IMG/VR virus record: IMGVR_UViG_2563366932_000014
Length of the DNA: 42,975 nt
Origin: a virus
Lineage: Duplodnaviria; Heunggongvirae; Uroviricota; Caudoviricetes
Strand: one strand, 5' to 3'
The notes beneath the pieces are model-generated. The model made no database searches and was not told the origin of the DNA. It worked only from the letters and a program-made list of their open reading frames with translations. The translations under genes were made by a program, and so were the position numbers. Below are positions 31,069 to 39,781 of the stretch, in pieces; within the stretch, counting starts at the first letter, position 1; every line of letters starts with the position of its first letter.

Positions 31069-31069
31069 C

Positions 31070-31867
31070 TCAATGAACGGTATCGAGCAGCTTTAACAGC
31101 TCAGGGAATCGGGATTCGAAGAAATGCGGCTGCGTCTCGCGCGGATTTGCAGGACTGGTGATGTTCTTGCCGAACATGCAGCCTTTCGCCGTCAGCGACC
31201 AGAATTTTTTGATGTTGTTAATCGCTGTACGGCTGTATCGTTCGCGCTGTTCGACGATCCCCAGCTTCGCCATCTGGTGATATGCCTGATTAGCCGTAAG
31301 GCGGATACCATACTGTTTCAGCAGTGCACTCAGCGACAGTGTCGGGCGACTTGAGCCATCAGGCGCGTCAGCAGGAGCATCAATGGCATAGCGCGGTGCC
31401 AGATTCGGTAAGCCAACAGCCTCCTGAAGCTTCTGACAGGCTCCAAGCACTGATGAGTTAGACAGGTTTAATTCCCGGCGCATAAAGTCCAGCAGGATCA
31501 CGCCAGCCTGCATCTTGTCAGCAGCCTGCCCGGATAATTTTTCCGGTGTGCTGGTTACCATATCGAAAGTACGGATCACCTTCAGATGGAATGACGGGCT
31601 TATCCACATTGCATAGGCATACACCAGTTCTTTGCAGACATACGTCCCCTGGTTATTTCCGCCACGAATAACGTTAACTGGCTCTATATTGACCGAGTTG
31701 CAAATCTGCAACTCGCTTATTAAACGTTCAGTTTGCTCATTGCGGAGCCAGAATGCAGGCTTATGCTTATCCAGAGAACCGGCAGCCCTGTGCAGATCGT
31801 TCAGGCTGTAACGCCCATAAGCATCACGACGAACTTCAATACCATCAATAACCATCAGATTATTCAT
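31070..31867 (-). CDS. KilA-N domain protein (possible antirepressor)
   Basis: 265-aa ORF with KilA-N-like N-terminal region (recalled). Confidence 0.55.
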   Translation of the reverse strand: MNNLMVIDGIEVRRDAYGRYSLNDLHRAAGSLDKHKPAFWLRNEQTERLISELQICNSVNIEPVNVIRGGNNQGTYVCKELVYAYAMWISPSFHLKVIRTFDMVTSTPEKLSGQAADKMQAGVILLDFMRRELNLSNSSVLGACQKLQEAVGLPNLAPRYAIDAPADAPDGSSRPTLSLSALLKQYGIRLTANQAYHQMAKLGIVEQRERYSRTAINNIKKFWSLTAKGCMFGKNITSPANPRETQPHFFESRFPELLKLLDTVH

Positions 31868-31886
31868 ACTTCGTTTCTCCTCTTAA

Positions 31887-32276
31887 TCAGGCAGCTGCAC
31901 CCGCCGTTTTCTCGTACTTACTGATAGTGATCTCGACCTTCCCTTCCGGGATAACCGGTCCCCACTCCACCAGCATTCTTTTCACCTGACTGTCGTCTTC
32001 CCACACACCCGCGTGGGTCAGGGCGTCAAACAGCGCCTTGTTATAGTTGTCCAGATCGCGGATCCGGTTATCCGGAGGAAACAACACGATCTCCACTGAA
32101 GCAGGTGCCGACGTTGGTTTTGGCAGACGACGTAACTGCTCAACTATTGCTGCACACGCCGCGCTCTGGAATTTGCGCCCCGCCGCGCTTATCAGGCTCT
32201 TACCAGCAAACGCCCCTTTGTTGGGGTGTCGCCAGTACGTGTTCACGCTGGGCGGAAACGGCAGAATCAGCTTCAT
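31887..32276 (-). CDS. rusA: Holliday junction resolvase RusA
   Basis: ..LPFPPSVNTYWRH.. and ..RDLDNYNKALFDALT.. match RusA motifs. Confidence 0.8.
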   Translation of the reverse strand: MKLILPFPPSVNTYWRHPNKGAFAGKSLISAAGRKFQSAACAAIVEQLRRLPKPTSAPASVEIVLFPPDNRIRDLDNYNKALFDALTHAGVWEDDSQVKRMLVEWGPVIPEGKVEITISKYEKTAGAAA

Positions 32277-32599
32277 ACTTTCAGGCCCCTCTCATGTAAC
32301 CAGTGGGCTGCACGCAGCCTGGCGTTTTCCTTACCGGCAAGCAGTGAGCGGATAATCCCGACCGCCTCGCTGTCGTCGTCCTTCACCGCGGTATGAAGAG
32401 TGATACCCCGGGCCACGCCACGCTTTATCGTGATGACGCCTTTTTTCTCCAGTGCTCGAAGATGCTCCACCGCTGCATTCACTGAACGGTATCCCAGCAT
32501 GGTTGCCACCTCCTGATTGGTTGGCGGGAAGCCACGTTCTTTCTGATAAGAAATCAGCATATCCAGCACCTGCTGCTGGCATTGAGTTAACGTCGTCAT
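32273..32599 (-). CDS. LexA N-terminal DNA-binding-domain-like protein lacking a peptidase domain
   Basis: ..QQQVLDMLISYQKERGFPPTNQEVATMLGYRSVNAAVEHLRALEKKGVI.. parallels the LexA winged-helix domain (recalled); only 108 aa, no S24 domain. Confidence 0.6.
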   Translation of the reverse strand: MTTLTQCQQQVLDMLISYQKERGFPPTNQEVATMLGYRSVNAAVEHLRALEKKGVITIKRGVARGITLHTAVKDDDSEAVGIIRSLLAGKENARLRAAHWLHERGLKV

Positions 32600-33249
32600 G
32601 CCGCCATCTCCCTGACCAGTTTTTCCGCCTGCTGGCGAACCTGCGCCAGAAACGCCTCACCACATGCCTCAAGTTCATCGCGCCCGATGTAGCTGATTGC
32701 CGGTCCCTTCCAGGTCTTGTCAAAAACAGCAATAGCACCAGCGAAGAAAGCTCCTGTCGGCACCTGCTTCTCGTCTTTCGGGATAAACCAGACAGGCAGT
32801 TCAAAACCAATACGCCCGCGAATAAAAGCAATATGATCTGCATCTTCCGGCCACCACACTTCGCTGGTGGCAGCTTTGATCAGGAAAACATAGCGCCCGC
32901 CTTTATCACGCATGGCACTGGCATGCTTCATGATGTAACGCATGCCGGTGATGTATTGCCCCTCATGCTGACTGGCGCGGCTGTATGGGGGATTACCAAA
33001 GGCAGCACCTTTAAGCTCCGCAAGACGTTCTGACCAGTCATGCGCCAGCGCATTGTCTTCCGCCGTGTAATACGCGGCACATTTGGCGTTACCACCGTCG
33101 GTGAACAGATCCAGAACAAACGGGCCAAACAGGGTGTTAATTCCCCAGAAAATGTTGTCCGGCGTGCGCCACTGATCGCCCACTTCCTTCAGTTCATGGG
33201 CTGGTTTGTTCCGCAGCTCCACCAGCGCCTGGCAATATTTATTACTCAT
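32596..33249 (-). CDS. phage-type DNA N6-adenine methyltransferase
   Basis: ..FGNPPYSRAS.. motif; start ATG overlaps the upstream stop (TAATG); listed ORF extends to 33282. Confidence 0.75.
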   Translation of the reverse strand: MSNKYCQALVELRNKPAHELKEVGDQWRTPDNIFWGINTLFGPFVLDLFTDGGNAKCAAYYTAEDNALAHDWSERLAELKGAAFGNPPYSRASQHEGQYITGMRYIMKHASAMRDKGGRYVFLIKAATSEVWWPEDADHIAFIRGRIGFELPVWFIPKDEKQVPTGAFFAGAIAVFDKTWKGPAISYIGRDELEACGEAFLAQVRQQAEKLVREMAA

Positions 33250-33743
33250 TAAGCCCCCACGTAATTCCCTGACAGATACCACTCTTCACCCGATGCAGCG
33301 CGCTTGCTGCTTTTCCGTAAGCACCGCTCACGACGCGCCAGAAAATTGTTTCGTTCTGGCTGGGAGTGGCTTTCACGGAATGCCGCCATCCACACGGTTG
33401 CAGCACGACGGTATAAACCCCTGGACTCCAGTTCTTCAGCCTGGCGGGTCAGGCACAAAATCACCCGTGGATCGTTAGTGCCGACATAGAAATTGCGCAC
33501 AGGTCTGGTTTCTCGAACTGGTTGTGGTTCCGGTTCCTGCGCTCTCTCAGTCAGGCGCGGGAAATGTCTGCGTGTATCTCCTTCACAACGGTGAGCCACA
33601 CGCCCACTCTGACGTAACTTGCTTGCTGACTGCAGAACGCGCTGTCGTGAGTAACCTGCAAAAGCATCCGCAATGTCACCGGAAGTACACCCCGGATGGG
33701 CTTCAATGAATTTCTGAACGTCATTTAACAGACTCATGATCAC
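33249..33743 (-). CDS. hypothetical protein (164 aa)
   Basis: ORF coupled between the replication initiator and the methylase; no ATPase motif seen. Confidence 0.4.
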   Translation of the reverse strand: MIMSLLNDVQKFIEAHPGCTSGDIADAFAGYSRQRVLQSASKLRQSGRVAHRCEGDTRRHFPRLTERAQEPEPQPVRETRPVRNFYVGTNDPRVILCLTRQAEELESRGLYRRAATVWMAAFRESHSQPERNNFLARRERCLRKSSKRAASGEEWYLSGNYVGA

Positions 33744-34680
33744 CCCCTGAATCCTGCCGGGATCTGGCTGTAGTCCACGTTGTCGTAACTGGCTTTGAAG
33801 TACGGGTCCTCGCGTTTTTCGGTGTACGTACTTACGGACGGCGATAAGCGCAGGGAAAGCTCATCCCATTTTTCCCGCAGCTTCGACGGGCTGAGCACGT
33901 TACGGCACCAGAACGGATCGCGGCTGACGCGGCTGTACATCTCGCAGATTTGTTTGTGAGTACGACCATCCTGCACACACATCAGGCGAATTTCGTTTGC
34001 CCAGGCTGTCCAGTTCGGTTCTTTGGGACGAACCACCTCGCCGTCACATTCGGCAGCCTGCTCGTACAGGGCGATGATTTTTTCCAGAGCCACTGTGCGC
34101 AGGTCAAATCATCCTGCGTTCCCCACTGGCGCTTTTTAGGGCTGAATACAACAGCATCAGGATGGCGAGTTAAAAACTCCTGTTCAGCCGTCTGCGTGTC
34201 CGGTTGCGAAGCGTCCGGACGAGAAGTTTTTTTATCTGACGGATCATGTTTTGATTTTACTGACGGATCCCCGCCAGATTCTGACGGGTGAAAACCCGCT
34301 TTTTTGCCAGATTTCGACGCATCAAATTTTGACGGGGCAGATTTTGATGCGTCAGATTTTGACGGGTCAGAATCTGACAGTTGAGAAAATGCCGCTGCCT
34401 GAAGCTTCGCAACGTTAAGCTGATAAACATTCGACGCATTGCGGTTACCCTGGCGACGCGCCTTACGCGTTAACCAGCCTTCTGCTTCCAGCCGTGCGAT
34501 AGCCGTTCTGACGGTACTCATCCCCGCGCCAATCTGGCGGGCAATGGTTTCAATTGATGGCCAGCACACACCTTCGTCATTACTGAAATCAGCCAGGCGG
34601 GCCATAATTGCCACGCTGGATAACTTCATGCCTGACGCAGCGCAACCATCCCATACATAGCCGGTTAATTTAGTGCTCAT
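33740..34680 (-). pseudogene. replication initiator (lambda O-like), reading frame split by an apparent 1-nt frameshift near 34106
   Basis: 232-aa N-terminal ORF with winged-helix segment and iteron-encoded linker; the coherent C-terminal frame (..FDLRTVALEKIIALYEQAAECDGEVV..) is open only downstream of the stop at 34109-34111 and overlaps the N-terminal frame. Confidence 0.55.
34232..34380. repeat. iteron array (candidate replication origin) inside the initiator gene
   Basis: about 8 imperfect direct copies of AGATTTTGACGG-like units. Confidence 0.6.
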
Positions 34681-34689
34681 GACCGACCT

Positions 34690-35028
34690 CTATTTCCCTG
34701 AATTTACGACGAAACTGTTCGAGCGGACTGAAGCATTCATGCTCATAGCCTTCGCGGAGGTAGATAACCCGTTGTGTTTCCGGTTCCCAACGAATGACTC
34801 TGACGGGCACTCCGTAGTGATCTTTGAACCAGCGGTTAACTTGTCGCAAAGGACTGTCTCCTTCTGCCGGTTGAAATCACCCACAGCCCACTCAGCAAAG
34901 CTGTGGGTTACAATTTCCCTGTCACCTGGTACATTTACTGCATAGCAATACTCCACCTTCGCTTTTCCACCCGGTACAGGAAGCGCAATCAGTTGCGAGC
35001 GACGGTAGTGTGTTGTTAAACTGTTCAT
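34690..35028 (-). CDS. hypothetical protein, possibly frameshifted
   Basis: listed ORF tail is Ser/Asn-rich; an alternative frame from about 34855 (..[48 protein letters not shown]..) ends at 34670 overlapping the initiator start. Confidence 0.4.
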   Translation of the reverse strand: MNSLTTHYRRSQLIALPVPGGKAKVEYCYAVNVPGDREIVTHSFAEWAVGDFNRQKETVLCDKLTAGSKITTECPSESFVGNRKHNGLSTSAKAMSMNASVRSNSFVVNSGK

Positions 35029-35588
35029 GCGTTAGTTTCTCCACAGTCACGACACGCCACGGCGCCCGGAGCTGCACACTCGCGGGCGTCACTACTTTCT
35101 GAAACGCAAAAGATTTTGTAGACCAGTGCTGCATGCTCCTGCAGCTTCGAAATTGAGAGGTACAGCTCATCGTTAATTGCTGTCTTCTCATGCGGTTCCA
35201 CTACACCGTCTTCAATTGCTGAACGAATCTGTTTTGAATAACTGCCGATCTGTTCAATGACCTCCAGCAGGCGTTGGTTGATATCGGCGTTGTCCACATC
35301 CTCGACGTCAGGAAGAGACACAAAGACGCCATTTGCAGACTGCGCCACAGCATCAGCAATGAAGTGAGTGCCACCAGCACGCTGTAAAACCATTGCCCAT
35401 CCCAGCGGGAAAATCTGATCGCCATCTGCACGAAGGCGGTTGAATAAAGCGTTTTCTGTTACATCGAGCCAGTCAGCCGCTTCAGCGTAACCACCCGGCA
35501 ACGCCGCGATCGTTTTTCTGACAGCTTTCACGTACCACTCAGGCTGTTTTTCTATTTTCCAGTGATGCTTACCCACGATTAGCCTCAT
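35025..35588 (-). CDS. CII-like / YdaT-type regulatory protein (tentative)
   Basis: 187-aa ORF directly downstream of the cro-like gene; family call from position and recalled similarity. Confidence 0.4.
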   Translation of the reverse strand: MRLIVGKHHWKIEKQPEWYVKAVRKTIAALPGGYAEAADWLDVTENALFNRLRADGDQIFPLGWAMVLQRAGGTHFIADAVAQSANGVFVSLPDVEDVDNADINQRLLEVIEQIGSYSKQIRSAIEDGVVEPHEKTAINDELYLSISKLQEHAALVYKIFCVSESSDARECAAPGAVACRDCGETNA

Positions 35589-35619
35589 CGTTCTGTGGTT
35601 AAAAATTGAAAGTGTTCTG

Positions 35620-35820
35620 CTAATCTTTCGGATAGATATCCGGTCTTAAGTCAGATTTCGTAATTGCACCTGACGTGCATTGCTCAAGTTTTTTAGCCAG
35701 CACAAAACTGGCTTTTTTATAGCCATTGAAAACCAGCCGTAAGTAGCCAGGTGTTGAGCCAACTTTTCCGGCCAACTCGCCCTGCTGTTCTTTGGTTAAA
35801 GAGTCCCAATACGCTTTCAT
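35620..35820 (-). CDS. Cro-like repressor (YdaS-type HTH)
   Basis: 66-aa product MKAYWDSLTKEQQGELAGKVGSTPGYLRLVFNGYKKAS..; divergent from the cI-like gene; listed ORF has a spurious N-terminal extension. Confidence 0.6.
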   Translation of the reverse strand: MKAYWDSLTKEQQGELAGKVGSTPGYLRLVFNGYKKASFVLAKKLEQCTSGAITKSDLRPDIYPKD

Positions 35821-35826
35821 ACAATG

Positions 35827-35895
35827 TGTACCTCCGGTGTACATATTACATGATTGAAATGAACCTTCAAGATACTTGTACCTTAACGGTACAAG
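35827..35895. promoter_or_regulatory. operator region between cro-like and cI-like genes with two GTAC-containing palindromes
   Basis: tgtac-N7-gtaca at 35827-35843 and the 21-bp near-perfect palindrome cttgtaccttaacggtacaag at 35875-35895. Confidence 0.5.
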
Positions 35896-35910
35896 GGTTT
35901 TAATTTCGTT

Positions 35911-36585
35911 ATGAAAACAATCCATGACATCCGGCGGTCTAACGCCAGAAAACTGAGAGATGGTGTTGGCGGGAATTCTTCCTTTGCCACTATGATTGAT
36001 CGCGAGCCAACCCAGACCAGCAGGTTTATGGGAGATGGTGCTACTAAAAATATCGGTGACAGCATGGCACGACACATCGAAAAATGTTTCGACCTGCCTG
36101 TCGGATGGCTCGATCAAGAACACCAGACAACGAACATCACAAAAAAACCTGATGTTTCAATCACTAATAAACAAATCACATTAGTCCCTGTCATATCATG
36201 GGTACAGGCCGGAGCATGGAAAGAAGTTGGATATTCTGAGGTTGATTTGAGCACAGCAGAAACGTATCCCTGCCCTGTACCCTGTGGGGAAATGACTTAT
36301 ATCTTGCGGGTGATAGGTGATTCAATGATTGATGAGTACCGCCCGGGAGACATGATTTTTGTCGATCCTGAAGTACCTGCCTGCCACGGTGACGACGTTA
36401 TTGCATTGATGCACGATACAGGTGAAACCACCTTCAAAAGGTTGATAGAAGATGGGACACAGCGTTATCTCAAAGCGTTAAACCCAAACTGGCCTGAGCC
36501 TTACATTAAGATCAACGGTAATTGCTCTATAATTGGTACTGTGATTTTCTCAGGAAAACCAAGAAGATACAAAATCAAAGCCTAA
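35911..36585 (+). CDS. cI-like repressor (HTH plus S24 LexA-like autopeptidase domain)
   Basis: N-terminal HTH; ..VQAGAW.. candidate Ala-Gly cleavage site; ..GDSM.. Ser and downstream Lys of S24 peptidases. Confidence 0.8.
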   Translation: MKTIHDIRRSNARKLRDGVGGNSSFATMIDREPTQTSRFMGDGATKNIGDSMARHIEKCFDLPVGWLDQEHQTTNITKKPDVSITNKQITLVPVISWVQAGAWKEVGYSEVDLSTAETYPCPVPCGEMTYILRVIGDSMIDEYRPGDMIFVDPEVPACHGDDVIALMHDTGETTFKRLIEDGTQRYLKALNPNWPEPYIKINGNCSIIGTVIFSGKPRRYKIKA

Positions 36586-36596
36586 TCAATGTTTAT

Positions 36597-36620
36597 GAAC
36601 CTGCTTCGGCAGGTTTTTTT
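36597..36620 (+). terminator. rho-independent terminator of the cI-like gene
   Basis: aacctgc ttcg gcaggtt followed by 7 T. Confidence 0.7.
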
Positions 36621-36624
36621 ATAC

Positions 36625-36662
36625 TTGACAATGTACCTTTGGGATACATAATGTACCCAAGA
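36625..36662 (+). promoter_or_regulatory. candidate pL-like promoter with operator-like GTAC half-sites
   Basis: TTGACA - 16 nt - CATAAT; AATGTACC repeated twice across spacer and -10. Confidence 0.4.
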
Positions 36663-36787
36663 GAAACAACAAACAGGCAGGACGCCCACGAAGTAGCCGC
36701 CTGGGGCATATGAAGTCCAGGATGATTCGTTAGCAACAAAAAAGCGCCCTATAGGACGCTTCGCTCTTTAACAATCTGGATGACTTA

Positions 36788-37300
36788 TTACTCAGATTTG
36801 AACTTTGGTTCTGGCAAAAGAGGAGGAGTTGAGTCCTCGAATCGTAGCCAGTGCTCCCAGATATCGTGGGATTGTAATTCCAGAAGACCAATTTGACGTG
36901 ATGCAACTGCAGTGCCAGCTATAGTTCCTCCTGCATAATCAACCTGGACGGACTTTGACGCTTTCTCAATTAATTCTGTCCAAGCTTCACTTTCCGCGTT
37001 AAAAGAAGCAGTTAATTCCTGCAGACGCTGTGGATCATCCTTGTTGTCTTGTTTCAAACGATTCAGGGCGGCCACCGAATACTTATTCTTAACCCAACTA
37101 ACCTGAGCTAACTGAACTCTCTGACAAGCGTCCATATCAGTAGTTGTTTCCTGAGGCATATCAAAGCAGGAAATAAAAAAAGTCTCAACACCATCATTTA
37201 GACTACTGCTCGGCTGGTTCAAAGCATCAGAAGCATTGGATGCTATCGGTATTATCAGTGCTACCGACAGAATCAAACGTTTAACATAAATCGCTCCCAT
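36788..37300 (-). CDS. secreted DUF1311 (LprI-like lysozyme-inhibitor family) protein
   Basis: N-terminal signal-peptide-like segment (..LILSVALIIPIASNA); family call from recalled similarity; GAGGGG RBS. Confidence 0.55.
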   Translation of the reverse strand: MGAIYVKRLILSVALIIPIASNASDALNQPSSSLNDGVETFFISCFDMPQETTTDMDACQRVQLAQVSWVKNKYSVAALNRLKQDNKDDPQRLQELTASFNAESEAWTELIEKASKSVQVDYAGGTIAGTAVASRQIGLLELQSHDIWEHWLRFEDSTPPLLPEPKFKSE

Positions 37301-37586
37301 TTAATTATCCCCTCTAAGAACAGAGTCATCCAGATTAGCCGAATCCTTGTTGTTGGGGAATAACCAGGCCCACCTCGCCTGATGTGGCTAAAAGCAGGCA
37401 CATAACAGCTAAGTATTTTCAACCAGAGAGAATCCTTAGCGTTGTGGTGAATGCGGCTCAGCGCACGCGGGTTAAGGTTGAGGCTGACAGTCGACCTTCT
37501 GTGGATACCCACCCGCCTGGTGTGCAACCTTCGCCAGGCACCGGGAGGCACCCGGCACCACAACTTTATGCTGTGTGTAGTCCTGG

Positions 37587-37632
37587 CGGTACCAGCTTGT
37601 ACCCTTGCTTCCGGCTGGTACCGCTCTTTTTA
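37587..37632 (+). terminator. strong intrinsic terminator within the early-left leader
   Basis: perfect 11-bp stem gcggtaccagc/gctggtaccgc, 17-nt loop, then TCTTTTT. Confidence 0.55.
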
Positions 37633-37768
37633 CAAAACAGAGAAGAGCATCACCGGACGACGGGCTCATAACCCAATCCACCCGGGCGGCTGCCACCGCA
37701 GGTGTTCTTCTCTGTTTTGTGGAGAAACCAACCGACCTTGCAGGGTCGATATGATGAGGAGCAGCAAA

Positions 37769-38131
37769 ATGGCTAGCGAACGCAGTACCAACGTGCAGGA
37801 ATTTATCGGGGAGCTGGACGGCGGCGTATTTGAAACCAAAATCGGCGCAGTTCTCAGTGAAGTCGCTTCCGGTGTGATGAACACGAAAACCAAAGGTAAG
37901 GTCTCGCTCAACCTGGAAATCGAACCGTTTGATGAGAACCGTGTGAAAATAAAACACAAACTCTCATATGTTCGTCCGACTAACCGCGGGAAAATTTCCG
38001 AAGAAGACACCACCGAAACGCCGATGTATGTCAATCGCGGTGGTCGCCTGACTATTCTGCAGGAAGACCAGGGACAATTACTGACTCTTGCCGGTGAACC
38101 TGACGGAAAACTCCGCGCAGCAGGTCATTAA
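37769..38131 (+). CDS. hypothetical early protein (120 aa)
   Basis: GAGGAG RBS then ATG at 37769; the listed 226-aa ORF's N-terminal part is Arg/Cys-rich translation of the structured leader. Confidence 0.5.
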   Translation: MASERSTNVQEFIGELDGGVFETKIGAVLSEVASGVMNTKTKGKVSLNLEIEPFDENRVKIKHKLSYVRPTNRGKISEEDTTETPMYVNRGGRLTILQEDQGQLLTLAGEPDGKLRAAGH

Positions 38132-38196
38132 TATCGTTCTTAATTAACTGATTATTTATCTCATCACTGAATATCTTTATATAGTGAGGACTTATT

Positions 38197-39021
38197 ATGT
38201 CTCAGAACTTAGACGCAACCGCAATTAATCAAATCCATGCCCTTATTTCTGCTCAGGGTGTTAATGAAATTATCAGTAAGATTGGTGCCGACGCAGTGGC
38301 ATTACCTGAAAATTTCCGCATTCATGATCTGGAAAAATTTAATTTAAATCGCTTCCGTTTCCGTGGTGCGCTTTCCACTGCCAGCATCGATGACTTTACC
38401 CGTTATTCTAAAGATCTTGCGGATGAAGGCACCCGCTGCTTTATCGATGCCGATAATATGCGTGCCGTCAGTGTGCTTAACCTGGGTACTATTGATGAGC
38501 CTGGTCACGCAGATAACACCGCCACTCTCAAACTGAAAAAGACAGCACCGTTCTCTGCTCTGTTGTCTGTTAACGGCGAGCGTAACTCCCAGAAGTCACT
38601 GGCAGAATGGATTGAAGACTGGGCCGACTACCTTGTGGGCTTTGATGCTAATGGTGATGCCATTCAGGCAACAAAAGCGGCTGCGGCAGTCCGTAAAATC
38701 ACGATTGAAGCAAACCAGACCGCTGATTTTGAAGACAATGACTTCAGCGGCAAACGCTCCCTGATGGAGTCTGTCGAAGCGAAGACCAAAGATATTATGC
38801 CAGTGGCATTTGAATTTAAATGCGTTCCGTTTGAAGGCCTGAAAGAACGTCCGTTTAAATTACGCCTCAGCATTATCACTGGCGATCGTCCTGTACTGGT
38901 TCTGCGCATTATTCAGCTGGAAGCAGTGCAGGAAGAAATGGCTAACGAATTTCGTGATCTGCTTGTTGAGAAATTCAAGGACAGCAAAGTAGAAACCTTT
39001 ATTGGTACTTTTACCGCCTGA
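38197..39021 (+). CDS. DUF2303 / YfdQ-like prophage protein (tentative family)
   Basis: 274-aa ORF with GTGAGG RBS; family from recalled similarity. Confidence 0.5.
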   Translation: MSQNLDATAINQIHALISAQGVNEIISKIGADAVALPENFRIHDLEKFNLNRFRFRGALSTASIDDFTRYSKDLADEGTRCFIDADNMRAVSVLNLGTIDEPGHADNTATLKLKKTAPFSALLSVNGERNSQKSLAEWIEDWADYLVGFDANGDAIQATKAAAAVRKITIEANQTADFEDNDFSGKRSLMESVEAKTKDIMPVAFEFKCVPFEGLKERPFKLRLSIITGDRPVLVLRIIQLEAVQEEMANEFRDLLVEKFKDSKVETFIGTFTA

Positions 39022-39148
39022 TTTCATTACTGCAAATGCCCCTGCGGGGGCATTTATGGAAACGTAATTGACTCAATAATCGCCGGATGGTGAGGGCTTT
39101 CTTTTACCAGAATTCAGCGCGGTGCAGCGCATATACGTGGAGAACAAA

Positions 39149-39673
39149 ATGTCATTTATTAAAACTTTTTCCGGGAAGCATTTTTATTATGACAGGATAA
39201 ATAAAGACGACATCGTTATTAACGATATCGCGGTTTCTCTTTCAAATATCTGTCGCTTTGCAGGACATCTTTCACATTTCTACAGCGTCGCCCAACATGC
39301 GGTGCTTTGCAGCCAACTGGTACCGCAGGAATTTGCTTTTGAAGCGTTAATGCATGATGCAACAGAAGCGTATTGCCAGGACATCCCGGCGCCACTGAAA
39401 CGCCTTCTTCCTGACTATAAACGGATGGAAGAAAAAATAGACGCCGTAATCCGTGAGAAATACGGGTTACCCCCGGTTATGAGTACGCCCGTGAAATATG
39501 CCGATCTCATCATGCTGGCAACCGAACGCCGCGATCTCGGGCTTGATGATGGCTCTTTCTGGCCCGTACTGGAAGGTATCCCGGCAACAGAGATGTTCAA
39601 AGTTATTCCACTGTCGCCAGGCCATACCTATGGGATGTTTATGGAACGCTTTAAAGAGTTAACTGAGTCGTAA
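39149..39673 (+). CDS. HD-domain phosphohydrolase
   Basis: H..H and ..LMHDATEAY.. HD motif; GGAG RBS before the ATG at 39149; listed ORF starts at 39122. Confidence 0.6.
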   Translation: MSFIKTFSGKHFYYDRINKDDIVINDIAVSLSNICRFAGHLSHFYSVAQHAVLCSQLVPQEFAFEALMHDATEAYCQDIPAPLKRLLPDYKRMEEKIDAVIREKYGLPPVMSTPVKYADLIMLATERRDLGLDDGSFWPVLEGIPATEMFKVIPLSPGHTYGMFMERFKELTES

Positions 39674-39781
39674 AAATCAGCACGTACGAATTCAAACTCT
39701 GCCATAAAAGAACATATAAGTAATTTATTAACATATAGATATAGGTTATATTACAAATTGAAAAATTATTGGAGAGCAACA

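Noticed and set aside
34232-34380. Short direct repeats as a possible CRISPR-like or tandem-repeat array
   Set aside because: The units are imperfect, contiguous without spacers, and in frame inside the replication initiator gene; the pattern is that of origin iterons.
34673-34945. 90-aa plus-strand ORF
   Set aside because: Antisense to the minus-strand gene at 34690-35028 within the replication operon; no RBS and no protein-like features.
37451-37768. N-terminal 106 aa of the listed 226-aa ORF
   Set aside because: Arg/Cys-rich translation of GC-rich hairpins including a terminator; a proper RBS and ATG occur at 37769, so the region is treated as a structured leader.
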